Shown here piece by piece: positions 28,180 to 37,549 of a stretch of DNA of 64,000 nt. Both the position numbers and the translations under genes were made by a program. The stretch comes from an uncultured bacterium. GTDB taxonomy: Bacteria > Babelota > Babeliae > Babelales > Vermiphilaceae. The notes under the pieces were generated by a model. It searched no databases. It was not told the origin of the DNA and was given only the letters and a program-made list of their open reading frames with translations. Positions within the stretch are counted from its first letter, which is position 1, and every line of letters begins with the position of its first letter. The DNA lies in NCBI GenBank assembly GCA_963713925.1, contig OY970212.1, positions 320,001-384,000 on the forward strand, read 5' to 3'.

Positions 28180-29814
28180 ATGAAAAAATTATTAAGACGG
28201 TTGCTGGTGGCTGCACTTTTAGCCGTTTGCGGCATAGCGCAAGCCGGAAATTTTGCAACGGCACTTGGCAAGTGTGTGCCATTCAATCCTGATTGTGGGT
28301 GTGAGTGTGCGGCAACAAATAAAACTTTTTTTACCGTGCGCCCGCCGTATCAACTCAACTCTCCGGAATTTATAGCAAATTTTCACAGTGACAGGCTAGA
28401 GGCCGCAGGCAAGCCATGCCGCAATGGGACAGTGCAAGTGACCCTTTTTGGTGGACAGTCAACCAAAAAGAGTAATCTTGGACGTTATTTTGGTTTTGAT
28501 TGCAGTGAGCGTTTGTATATTAATGAATCAACGACTGCAAGCAATACCGACATATTGGCAGAACAATTGAATATTTACACGGTTGGAGGAGTGACTCCGG
28601 CGACATTGGTGCCGCCGTTTTCAAGCACGATCGATCTTGAGCCGAGCTATAGTTTTGGAGGGATTGGAATCACGTGGATGCAAGAGTTTGCGCAACGCGA
28701 AGACGGGCGCTCTTGGTGGGTTCTTGTTTCTACACCGCTTACCATTGTGTCAACTACAATGAATTTGTCAGAATGCATCACGCAAAATGGTGGAGGAGTG
28801 TCTCCGGAGACGCCAAATGCAGTTGCAAATGCGACTGAAGCATTTGCGCAATCAAGCTGGCGTTTTGGGCGCATTCAACAATGCACAAAAACAAAAACCG
28901 GACTTGGCGATGTGACGTTGCTTCTCGGATATGAAATTGTTCGACATGAAGCTGTGGGAGCTGACGGATATCTTGGTATTTTGATTCCCGCCGGAAACAA
29001 AGTGCGCGGTCGCCGTATCTTTGAACCGGTTGTCGGACATAACCATCACACCGGTTTGATTTTAGGTGGTTCGGCAGACATTTTGATGTGGGAATGTGAC
29101 AATAGCAGCCTTACATTGGTGCTTGATGGCCATAGCCAATATATGCTCGAAAACTGCGAAGTGCGTTCCTTTGATTTAAAAAACAAGCCATGGTCTCGCT
29201 ATATGCAGGTGTATGCAAATCAAGCGCAAGCGCAAGAGGCGTATGATCTGAGTTTGATAGTGCCCACGAACTTTGGGAGCTTAACTCTTGGCGAGCCGGG
29301 CATTAACATTTTCACGCAACCGCTGCGTGTGCACCCCGGGCTTATTTATGTAGACAACACCGCATTCGTTTATACGTGCAATTGCTGGCAAGCTGAGGTC
29401 GGCTACAACTTTTATGCGCGTCAACAAGAATGTGTTGAGTTAGCTCGCCCATGGCAGACTGGCGCAGCATTAAAATCGTTGTTGGGCGGTGGAGCAACTG
29501 ACGGAGTGCAGATTATTGGCAACGTGTTTAACAATAATAACGAAGTTCCCTTTATTAGTTTCCCAGCAGGACCTGCACCAATCCCGGGCGTTATTAATTA
29601 TGACACCAACCTCATTAAATCGGGCGATCTCGATTTAAATTCAGCAGCTCATCCGGGCATTATCAGTAACACATTCTATGGTTCAATTGCGCATAACAGA
29701 ACGGCGTGTGATCATCCGCATTGGTTTGCGCTTGGCGGCTCCTATGAATGGGCGACAACCAATACCGTTATGAATCGTTGGACTGTGTGGCTTAAGGGTG
29801 GAGTATCTTTCTAA
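28180..29814 (+). CDS. Putative Cys-rich outer-membrane beta-barrel protein
   Basis: Signal peptide; alternating aromatic strands; terminal ...WTVWLKGGVSF; motifs shared with 44308..45735. Confidence 0.7.
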   Translation: MKKLLRRLLVAALLAVCGIAQAGNFATALGKCVPFNPDCGCECAATNKTFFTVRPPYQLNSPEFIANFHSDRLEAAGKPCRNGTVQVTLFGGQSTKKSNLGRYFGFDCSERLYINESTTASNTDILAEQLNIYTVGGVTPATLVPPFSSTIDLEPSYSFGGIGITWMQEFAQREDGRSWWVLVSTPLTIVSTTMNLSECITQNGGGVSPETPNAVANATEAFAQSSWRFGRIQQCTKTKTGLGDVTLLLGYEIVRHEAVGADGYLGILIPAGNKVRGRRIFEPVVGHNHHTGLILGGSADILMWECDNSSLTLVLDGHSQYMLENCEVRSFDLKNKPWSRYMQVYANQAQAQEAYDLSLIVPTNFGSLTLGEPGINIFTQPLRVHPGLIYVDNTAFVYTCNCWQAEVGYNFYARQQECVELARPWQTGAALKSLLGGGATDGVQIIGNVFNNNNEVPFISFPAGPAPIPGVINYDTNLIKSGDLDLNSAAHPGIISNTFYGSIAHNRTACDHPHWFALGGSYEWATTNTVMNRWTVWLKGGVSF

Positions 29815-29873
29815 CCCCAAGCTCCGTTTCCTCGAAGAGTACACGACGAAGTTGCTCTTCGCTTGGGGACCCC
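29813..29873 (-). repeat. Mini-hairpin repeat, long-loop variant
   Basis: Minus strand ggggtccccaagc...gcttggggtt. Confidence 0.75.
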
Positions 29874-29901
29874 GGAATAACAAATTAGGAATAAGGAATT
29901 T

Positions 29902-30882
29902 ATGAAATTAAAAATAATGGCGATATCAATAATTTTGCTCTTCTGCGCGCATGCGAGCGGAAGTTCTGCAGCAATTGCTCAAACTCGTTCACAAGCGAAC
30001 GCGCTTGCGGGCCAAATAGAAAAATTGATAAAAGAAGATGCAATTGGAAATGCTGATGAAATCAACGCATTGGAAAAGCAACTGCAGGGCAATATTGATT
30101 CTTTGAAACAGTTAGGTCAGCAAAAAATAGCCGGTGAACTTTCGTTACGCCTGGCTCAGATTCAGAACAATAAAAAGGAGCTTCCCGGTCAAGACGATGC
30201 GCTTAAAAGAGCACTTGATGAAAATAAGCAATTGATTGAAACACTTCGAAAGGAGTTCGCTGAAGAACAAAAACAATTTCACGAGTGTAGATCTCTTCGT
30301 GAGAAGCAAAATGAAGACATTAAAAAGAAAGATGCGGAAATTGCTGCATTAAAAGAAGATCTTAAAAAAATGCCGACGGCAACATCAGGTGCGGCACAAT
30401 CGACTACTGAGCATGAGCTTGCTCAAGCGAATGAGAAAATCAAAGAACTTCAAAAGCAAGTGATGGAAAAAATAGACCTGCAAGCCGAACTCGATCAATT
30501 AAGAGCGCAATCGCAAGCAGACGTAGGCGCTACAATCAAAGAACGACTCAAGCTGGCGGAAACAAGAGCTAATGATGCCGAAAAAAGTGAGGCCGTGGCT
30601 AAACAAGAAATAACCCGTTTGCAATCAAATATGGCTGATCAAAATGCTGAGCTGGGTCAATTGAGAGAAGCGGTCGGCAAACGACGAAGCGACATGGTAA
30701 AAAAGTTGAAAGAATATGATGCAACGCTCAAAGAATATGATGATTTGATAAAAAAATACAATACCGAGCAAAAGCCCAAAATAAAAACCGCGTTCGAAGC
30801 AATCGCAAAAATAAATAAGCAAGAAGATCGAGAGGATGCCGTCGAGCAATTTTTATCTGAATTCCTCCCCGATTTGAAATAG
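29902..30882 (+). CDS. Secreted long coiled-coil protein
   Basis: Signal peptide; K/E/Q/A-rich heptads throughout. Confidence 0.8.
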   Translation: MKLKIMAISIILLFCAHASGSSAAIAQTRSQANALAGQIEKLIKEDAIGNADEINALEKQLQGNIDSLKQLGQQKIAGELSLRLAQIQNNKKELPGQDDALKRALDENKQLIETLRKEFAEEQKQFHECRSLREKQNEDIKKKDAEIAALKEDLKKMPTATSGAAQSTTEHELAQANEKIKELQKQVMEKIDLQAELDQLRAQSQADVGATIKERLKLAETRANDAEKSEAVAKQEITRLQSNMADQNAELGQLREAVGKRRSDMVKKLKEYDATLKEYDDLIKKYNTEQKPKIKTAFEAIAKINKQEDREDAVEQFLSEFLPDLK

Positions 30883-30908
30883 AGCGCTTTATTGAAAGGA
30901 TTTAAAAA

Positions 30909-31418
30909 ATGCAAAAGATATTACTACTGTTCTGTTTGCTTGGGACTATGAATGTGTATTCAGGTCTTTTTCAAGGAATGCGAGACAAACTCGGCGAATT
31001 AAGAGAATCGTTAGCTAGCTTTCGAACAGAACTAGAGAGCGCCGAATTGCCGAAACCTACTTCAAAAAATGAACCGGCAAGTCAACTGCAAGACAATCGC
31101 GTCGCTCAGCTTGAAAAAGAGCTTGATACCATGAAAAATATTAACAAAGATCTCCTTTCAAAGTTTCCAAAGCCGGGGCAAGAAGATCCTTTGGCTAAGA
31201 AAGTAACTGAGCTGAATAATGAAATTGACAAGCTCACAAAACAGATTGCAAAAGGAGAAGATAAAAATGAAAGAGCGACAAAACTGGTCAATGAATATAC
31301 GAAGGTGATGCAGCGACAACAAGACGAACTGGAAGAAAAAAATAAGGAAATAAGATCCTGCAAAGCGCGGCTTTTGAAAGCAGAAGCAACACTAAATCCT
31401 CCGATAAAATCAAAATAA
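30909..31418 (+). CDS. Secreted coiled-coil protein
   Basis: Signal peptide; K/E-rich heptads. Confidence 0.8.
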   Translation: MQKILLLFCLLGTMNVYSGLFQGMRDKLGELRESLASFRTELESAELPKPTSKNEPASQLQDNRVAQLEKELDTMKNINKDLLSKFPKPGQEDPLAKKVTELNNEIDKLTKQIAKGEDKNERATKLVNEYTKVMQRQQDELEEKNKEIRSCKARLLKAEATLNPPIKSK

Positions 31419-31469
31419 TCATCATCCTATCAAAAAGATTAAAATTCTATATACTCTCGACTTATTGAA

Positions 31470-31508
31470 CCCTGAGTGTGATTTATTGATCACACTCAGG
31501 ATCCTTTT
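31470..31508 (+). terminator. Rho-independent terminator-like hairpin
   Basis: cctgagtgtgat-ttattg-atcacactcagg followed by atcctttt. Confidence 0.6.
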
Positions 31509-31586
31509 GATTTTGGGTCCCATGCCTTAGCATGGGCAAAATTGGCCCCGCACCGCAGTGCGGGTAAAGTAGTTTGGAGCAGTATT

Positions 31587-33185
31587 GTGTCTTTTTTAAA
31601 GAAGCTTTTCCTCGGGCTTTTGGTTTTTAATGCCGCAGCCTTTGAGTTTGATGAAATAAATTTTGATAATTTCGATCAAGCAGTTGAACCGGATATTTTT
31701 GCAACGGCAACGCGTGCGAAATTCACCCCGGCTGATATCATTGCTCTGTTGGAACAATTTGGCGCGATTGATTTGCTCAAAGAAGATTTTTTTCTAAGAT
31801 CAAGTCCTTTAAATAGAAGAAGTCTTCTTGATTATCCATTATTTATGTTTCCCTGGGATAAGCAGGGCTGTACCACGCATGGCTATCAGATCTTTTATAA
31901 TCAAACATCGGCAATGGTTTTTTCTGGTAATTGCACCAAAATCAGTTCTTATTTAGCGATTTTTCAAGGAGGTTTTGCTGAAAAATTGCAAGAAATTTTA
32001 AACCTGATCAAAGAAACTGCTCCCGATTTTGACCCTGAAGTTGCGATCGAATTGCTGACCTTGTTTGAGCATTTCACTGTCCAAGAACGTCGTTTGGGAT
32101 GCATGTTTAATTTTGAATACAATATTGATGATTGGAGATTGTGGTTTTATTTTCCTTTCTATTGGAATGTGCGTAATCACTTTGTAACGCCAGAAGTTCA
32201 AAATGCACTCGAGCATATTAGTGAACCTCTCTATGGCACGCCATGCCAAATACAGCAAGATGCATTCACTCAAGCGCATTTAATTGATGACAGGATTGGG
32301 TTTGGCGATTTTCGATTTGAGTTTGATTATCCGGTTTGCTGCTTTCCTTGGCTTGATTCTCGATTAGGCTTTTTTACAACCATACCGACGGCACTTCCAA
32401 TCGGCGGTGAAATACTCGGGACGAATTTGCATCCGCCCTGTCGTCGACAAACATTAAATTTTTCCGATCTGTTTGATAATGTGTTGGCAGGTCAAGATAT
32501 TTCAGAATCGGAAGTGGCGACTTTTTTTACCTCCGCGCTTGATAACTTATCGGCGATCTTGCTTGATTCTCGATTAGGTAATAATGGGCATATTGGCTTG
32601 GGTGTTACTTTTAAAACGTTCACCTGTTTGGGCGATTTAATCAAACGGCCATGGGCACAAGAAATTCAATGGAGAGGGCGATTTTCTGCCGAATGGCTCA
32701 CGCCGCGTCAAGAGCGTCGCTTTTTCATTCCAAATAATAATGCAGCGGCATTTCGAAATTTTGATTTTAACAATGAGGACCAAGCCTCAAAAAATTTAGA
32801 CTTCTTGATGAATACATTGACCGATCGATTGTTCCCTCAGTTTCAAGATGTGACAGTCTATCCGGGCCTTATATTGCGTTCGACATCTCGCGCAATATAT
32901 TATGGTGAAAAATGGAGTTTCTTCTTGGGCACAGATATGTGGATACAAACAGGAGATACCATTATTCAATCAAATAGAGCGGCACGACAAATACGCACCG
33001 ACGTTAAAAAATCTCAGACACAGCTTGGGTATCAAAGTAAACTCATGGCAGGAATCTCTCGTCAGCATGTGGCTCCTGAGACTGGCAGAACATGGACATT
33101 CTCCTTAAATGCTGATTCCACCTATTATAGTTCGGGCATAGGACAAGATTTTATGATAACATGTAATATGGACGTCAATTTTTAA
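31587..33185 (+). CDS. Putative outer-membrane beta-barrel protein
   Basis: GGAG then GTG 31587; signal peptide; aromatic-rich; ends MDVNF. Confidence 0.65.
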   Translation: MSFLKKLFLGLLVFNAAAFEFDEINFDNFDQAVEPDIFATATRAKFTPADIIALLEQFGAIDLLKEDFFLRSSPLNRRSLLDYPLFMFPWDKQGCTTHGYQIFYNQTSAMVFSGNCTKISSYLAIFQGGFAEKLQEILNLIKETAPDFDPEVAIELLTLFEHFTVQERRLGCMFNFEYNIDDWRLWFYFPFYWNVRNHFVTPEVQNALEHISEPLYGTPCQIQQDAFTQAHLIDDRIGFGDFRFEFDYPVCCFPWLDSRLGFFTTIPTALPIGGEILGTNLHPPCRRQTLNFSDLFDNVLAGQDISESEVATFFTSALDNLSAILLDSRLGNNGHIGLGVTFKTFTCLGDLIKRPWAQEIQWRGRFSAEWLTPRQERRFFIPNNNAAAFRNFDFNNEDQASKNLDFLMNTLTDRLFPQFQDVTVYPGLILRSTSRAIYYGEKWSFFLGTDMWIQTGDTIIQSNRAARQIRTDVKKSQTQLGYQSKLMAGISRQHVAPETGRTWTFSLNADSTYYSSGIGQDFMITCNMDVNF

Positions 33186-33194
33186 GAGGATATC

Positions 33195-33866
33195 GTGAAA
33201 AAATCTCTACTATTACTTTCGTTGTTTATGTTTTCAGTGCGAGCAGATGCTGATCTTGATCGTTATTTGAGATCAACGTCCAGCAGAGCGACGCTCGAAT
33301 CTCCGGTGCTTGCGTTGATCGATGGATTGGCAATGGGTATTGATGGTCAGAAAATCGGTTTTATGTTGCGAGTCAGAAGAGATTTGCAAAAAATACAAGG
33401 TGTGCGATCGCATGAAGATCATTCGATTTCTCACGAAGGAATTTTTGAGTTTGATGGAAAGCTTTATTCTATTCATGGGCTTGCAACTATGGAACATCTT
33501 GCTTTAGAAAATCATGATTCAGAAATGGTCGCAAGACTTCATACTATTCTTGGTGATGCGCGCAGCTATTTCTTGGCAAAAGTGAAACAGTTCATGTCGG
33601 TTGCTCGCGGTTCAAAACGTCAGATGTTGTTACTTATTGAAGAATGGTGTGCAAAGAATAAGCGAGCAAAAAGTATTTTGCTTCGCTGGGGCGGGACAAA
33701 AGACGGCGATGAAGATCGTCAATTCCATGCGGATGCAACTTCATTTATACACTTTGATGAATTTTGCACTGATCTGATATTCTTTATAGAAGATTTGATT
33801 CGCAGCTGTCCGAAGGCATTTGCACAATTTAAGCAAATGATTGAGAAGCAACAAGAAAATAAGTGA
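33195..33866 (+). CDS. Secreted hypothetical protein
   Basis: GAGGA then GTG; signal peptide ...SVRA. Confidence 0.75.
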   Translation: MKKSLLLLSLFMFSVRADADLDRYLRSTSSRATLESPVLALIDGLAMGIDGQKIGFMLRVRRDLQKIQGVRSHEDHSISHEGIFEFDGKLYSIHGLATMEHLALENHDSEMVARLHTILGDARSYFLAKVKQFMSVARGSKRQMLLLIEEWCAKNKRAKSILLRWGGTKDGDEDRQFHADATSFIHFDEFCTDLIFFIEDLIRSCPKAFAQFKQMIEKQQENK

Positions 33867-33920
33867 AGCTCGCGCGGCCTAAAGGCCGTGGCTTTCTTAT
33901 TTAATAAAATAGTCTCAAAT

Positions 33921-34307
33921 CGTTCGTGGTGAGCGTAGTGCAACGAAGTCGAACCATACGAACAAGAAAATAGATATGCAAAATTTTTATGTATATATTC
34001 TTCAATGCAGTGATAACTCATATTACACTGGCCATACCGATAATATCGAGCTACGAATTCAAGAACATCAAAGCGGTCGGTATCAAGGTTATACCGCGAC
34101 ACGCCTGCCGGTACAACTAGTTTTAGTTGAAACAATGGCTTCTCGTGCGGATGCTTTGGAAGCAGAAATGCAAATTAAGAAATGGTCACGCAAGAAAAAA
34201 GAGATTCTTATTAAATATGGATGGCAGGGAATGAAAAGCTTTGCAAAACAATACAAGTAAGAAAGTTCGTATGGTTCGACTTCGTTGCACTACGCTCACC
34301 ACGAACG
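33921..34307. mobile_element. Putative GIY-YIG-encoding element bounded by perfect 43-bp inverted repeats
   Basis: 33921-33963 cgttcgtggtgagcgtagtgcaacgaagtcgaaccatacgaac is the exact reverse complement of 34265-34307. Confidence 0.75.
33976..34260 (+). CDS. Small GIY-YIG nuclease (UPF0213/YhbQ-like)
   Basis: FYVYIL.C.D.SYYTG.T....R..EH..G; ALEAEMQIKKWSRKKK. Confidence 0.92.
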   Translation: MQNFYVYILQCSDNSYYTGHTDNIELRIQEHQSGRYQGYTATRLPVQLVLVETMASRADALEAEMQIKKWSRKKKEILIKYGWQGMKSFAKQYK

Positions 34308-34340
34308 CCTATACATCACACAAAAAAAATTGATTACATT

Positions 34341-36515
34341 ATGAATGAATTACAATTGAGTGGTACTGTTGAGCGACATCTTTTTCAAAACTCTGAAAAC
34401 GGTTACGCAGTTTCTGTGATAAGTGTTTCTGATCGACAAACCATTGTTGTCAAAGGTCACATGGCGCATGTGCAACCAGGTGAACAAGTACTGGTCACTG
34501 GCGCATGGGTGCAGCATCCCAAATTTGGCAAGCAGTTTGAGGCTGCAACATGTGTCACGCAAGTTCCCACAAGCCTTGTGGGGCTCAAAAAATATTTGGG
34601 CTCAGGTCTCATTAAGGGAATTGGTCCATCATACGCACAACGATTAATTGATGCATTCGGTTCACAAGTGCTCGAAGTCATAGATAAGCATCCGGAAAAA
34701 TTGACGCTTGTTGAAGGAATTGGTCAAAAGCGAGCGCAAGAGATTACCACTGCTTGGCAATCGCAAAAAGATATCGCTTCCATTATGGTCTTTTTACAAG
34801 AGAAGGGCGTTTCCCCTGCGTATGCGGTTAAGATTTATAAAAAATATGGACAAGCTTCTATTGCGATGGTGCAAGAAAATCCGTATCGCTTGGCGGAGGA
34901 TATTTGGGGAATAGGTTTTAAGCTTGCAGATCAAATTGCGCAAGCGATTGGTATTGCTTCCGATTCATTAAAACGGGTGATGGCTGCTTATTTGCATCAA
35001 TTATCAGTAGAAGCCTCAAGCGGGCATTTATATTCGTTCATTGAGCCTCTCAAACAAAAGACGGCACAATTGCTCGAGTTTGATCTGCAAGAACAAGCGC
35101 AGAAGCTCAAGAATGCGTTACATCAATTGCATGATGAAGGTAAGATTAAACTGATCAGCAGTGGTGATGAACATTACATTGGGTTGGCGTTACATTATTT
35201 TACCGAAAAAAATGTTGCCGATCGTATCAAACTTCTTTTAAGCCAGTCTCCTACCGTCAGCTACGATACGAACGTGATATACAACAAACTGCGCGCTCCA
35301 GATGCGAACAAAAAAATTCATCTCAATGAAGATCAACAGCATGGCATTGTCACGGCATTATCGCATCAAATATCGATCATCACGGGCGGACCGGGGACCG
35401 GTAAAACGACATTAATTAAAGAGTTGCTTGATATTATTGATGAACACAGGGCTGTGTACCGGCTTGCTGCTCCCACCGGACGCGCAGCAAAACGAATCAC
35501 TGAGGGCACGCAGCGCAATGCGGCGACAATACATCGATTGCTCGAGTTTGATTTTTTAACGCATCGATTTTTGAAAAATGAACAAAATGCGCTCAAGGTT
35601 GATTTTCTTATCATCGATGAATCATCAATGCTTGACGTGTTTCTCATGCATAGTGTACTGAAGGCAATTCCGTTTGGTGCGCGTGTTGTTTTTATCGGTG
35701 ACATTGATCAGCTCCCGTCAGTCGGGGCCGGCAATGTGTTGCATGATATGATTGTCAGCGGCGTTGTGCCGACGGTGCGTCTCAAAACAATATTCCGACA
35801 AGCCCAAGACAGTATGATTGTAGTCAACGCTCACCGCGTAAATAGCGGTCAATTCCCGCTCGGCTATCAAGAAGGTGCGCGCAGAGATTTTATTTTCATC
35901 AAAGAAGAGAACCCCGAACAAGCGATGACACACATTCGGGAGCTTCTGCTCAAGCGGCTTGGCCTTCATGGCATGCGTGCCGAGGATGCAACGATCTTGG
36001 TGCCTATGAACAAAACAATTGTCGGCGCACAAACGATGAATGCACAGCTGCAGGAGTTACTCAATCATAATCAAGAACGTGTGGAACATCATGGCACGAC
36101 CTTTAAAATGGGTGATCGAGTCATGCAGATTCGCAACAATTACGATAAAATCGTGTTTAATGGCGATGTTGGCATCATAGAAGAAATAACGTCTGAAAAA
36201 AAGTTGCGCGTGAATTATTCCGATCGGATCGTTGAATACGAATTCAATGAGCTCGATGAGTTAACGCTCGCCTATGCAATGACGATTCATAAAAGCCAGG
36301 GATCGGAATATCCGGCGGTGATCATTCCGATTTTTATGCAACATTTTACTCTTTTGCAACGAAATTTGGTGTACACTGCAATTACGCGCGCTAAGCGTTT
36401 GTGTGTTCTGATCGGGCAAACGAAGGCAATTGCGATGGCCATTAACAATGACAAAGGAACGGTTCGATTAACATTGCTGAAACAATTTTTAACTTCGGAT
36501 CTTGCGTGTCGATGA
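34341..36515 (+). CDS. recD2: ATP-dependent RecD2-like DNA helicase
   Basis: HPKFGKQF, HhH IKGIG, TGGPGTGKTT, APTGRAA, DESSM, GDIDQL, TIHKSQGSE, YTAITRAK. Confidence 0.95.
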   Translation: MNELQLSGTVERHLFQNSENGYAVSVISVSDRQTIVVKGHMAHVQPGEQVLVTGAWVQHPKFGKQFEAATCVTQVPTSLVGLKKYLGSGLIKGIGPSYAQRLIDAFGSQVLEVIDKHPEKLTLVEGIGQKRAQEITTAWQSQKDIASIMVFLQEKGVSPAYAVKIYKKYGQASIAMVQENPYRLAEDIWGIGFKLADQIAQAIGIASDSLKRVMAAYLHQLSVEASSGHLYSFIEPLKQKTAQLLEFDLQEQAQKLKNALHQLHDEGKIKLISSGDEHYIGLALHYFTEKNVADRIKLLLSQSPTVSYDTNVIYNKLRAPDANKKIHLNEDQQHGIVTALSHQISIITGGPGTGKTTLIKELLDIIDEHRAVYRLAAPTGRAAKRITEGTQRNAATIHRLLEFDFLTHRFLKNEQNALKVDFLIIDESSMLDVFLMHSVLKAIPFGARVVFIGDIDQLPSVGAGNVLHDMIVSGVVPTVRLKTIFRQAQDSMIVVNAHRVNSGQFPLGYQEGARRDFIFIKEENPEQAMTHIRELLLKRLGLHGMRAEDATILVPMNKTIVGAQTMNAQLQELLNHNQERVEHHGTTFKMGDRVMQIRNNYDKIVFNGDVGIIEEITSEKKLRVNYSDRIVEYEFNELDELTLAYAMTIHKSQGSEYPAVIIPIFMQHFTLLQRNLVYTAITRAKRLCVLIGQTKAIAMAINNDKGTVRLTLLKQFLTSDLACR

Positions 36516-36554
36516 TGAAATCAGACCTATTGCGAAATTAAAAAAAATTGTTCT

Positions 36555-36747
36555 CCGTTCGTGGCGAGCAGAACGGGTTCCCGATCGTAGCGTAAGTGTA
36601 GATTGGGGTTAAAACGTAGTGCAGTCGAACCATACGAACAAAAAAATAAATGTGCATGTATATAGCGGGAAATGAAAAATTTTGTAAAAAAGATACAAAA
36701 AAAGTTCGTATGGTTCGACTCCGTTGCACTCCGCTCACCACGAACGG
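36555..36747. mobile_element. Internally deleted, non-autonomous copy of the GIY-YIG element
   Basis: Same arms (right arm 36704-36746, 2 mismatches) plus decayed 5' and 3' ends of the nuclease gene; left arm interrupted by a mini-hairpin repeat. Confidence 0.75.
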
Positions 36748-36812
36748 TTGGAAACTAGTTTATTAGGATTTTCAAAAATTCAACGGACTCTAAATATCGA
36801 GAATGTATAATT

Positions 36813-37547
36813 ATGAATTATAATAGTTTCGCAGTGGGCATATTGAATCGAATGTATCTGATGACGTCGGTATTTCTTTTTGGCGCCGTTTTTGCTCGTG
36901 TAAAAATTCCGATGTACACACAAGTCGATTCGATCGAATCGAATCAGCGTCGTGACCCTATTATCATTATGATTGATCCGTACGGCGATGTGCGCTCAAG
37001 TGGTCGCGTGATCGGAAACAAATTTGAATCTGAATTAACCTATGCATGTGCGCAGAAACTGAAACAAGATCTGGAACAAGAATATGATCATGTCACTGTT
37101 GTTATCAGCCGAACGGTTGGAGAACAATCGTATGAGCTCGCACGCGCGCAGTATGCAAACAGATTACAGGTGCACGGATTTCTTTCTATTCAGTTTTTTC
37201 ATGAAACAAACCCTATTGCGCGATGGTTTATGTATCGATATTGCCAACAAGCACTTCCCGAATTTCAGGCGCAAAAGCACAGCATTTTATCAGTTGATCA
37301 AGCCTATCTGCTCAATAAGAATATCACTGATGCATGGGCACAGCGGGTTGATAAGCTTTTAGAACGAAATGAACTCAAGCGATTTGAGCCGCAAGGTCTG
37401 ATCTCCGTGCCATGCACCCCACTCAAAGGAGTCCTGCCCCCGGCATTATTGTGTGAAGTTGGATTGAAGTCGCCTGATGATTGGACTGTCGCCTGCGCTC
37501 AGATGAAAGAGATAATCAAAGCATTAATCGATCTGTGTGCGGAGTAG
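36813..37547 (+). CDS. N-acetylmuramoyl-L-alanine amidase (Amidase_3)-like protein, degenerate active site
   Basis: IMIDPYGD, ESELT, R...AN, FLSIQF, PALLCEVG; both Zn-binding His positions appear substituted. Confidence 0.75.
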   Translation: MNYNSFAVGILNRMYLMTSVFLFGAVFARVKIPMYTQVDSIESNQRRDPIIIMIDPYGDVRSSGRVIGNKFESELTYACAQKLKQDLEQEYDHVTVVISRTVGEQSYELARAQYANRLQVHGFLSIQFFHETNPIARWFMYRYCQQALPEFQAQKHSILSVDQAYLLNKNITDAWAQRVDKLLERNELKRFEPQGLISVPCTPLKGVLPPALLCEVGLKSPDDWTVACAQMKEIIKALIDLCAE

Positions 37548-37549
37548 TC

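Noticed and set aside
34221..34340. N-terminal extension of RecD2 in the ORF track
   Set aside because: It reads through the right inverted repeat and overlaps the GIY-YIG gene; ATG 34341 is the more plausible start.
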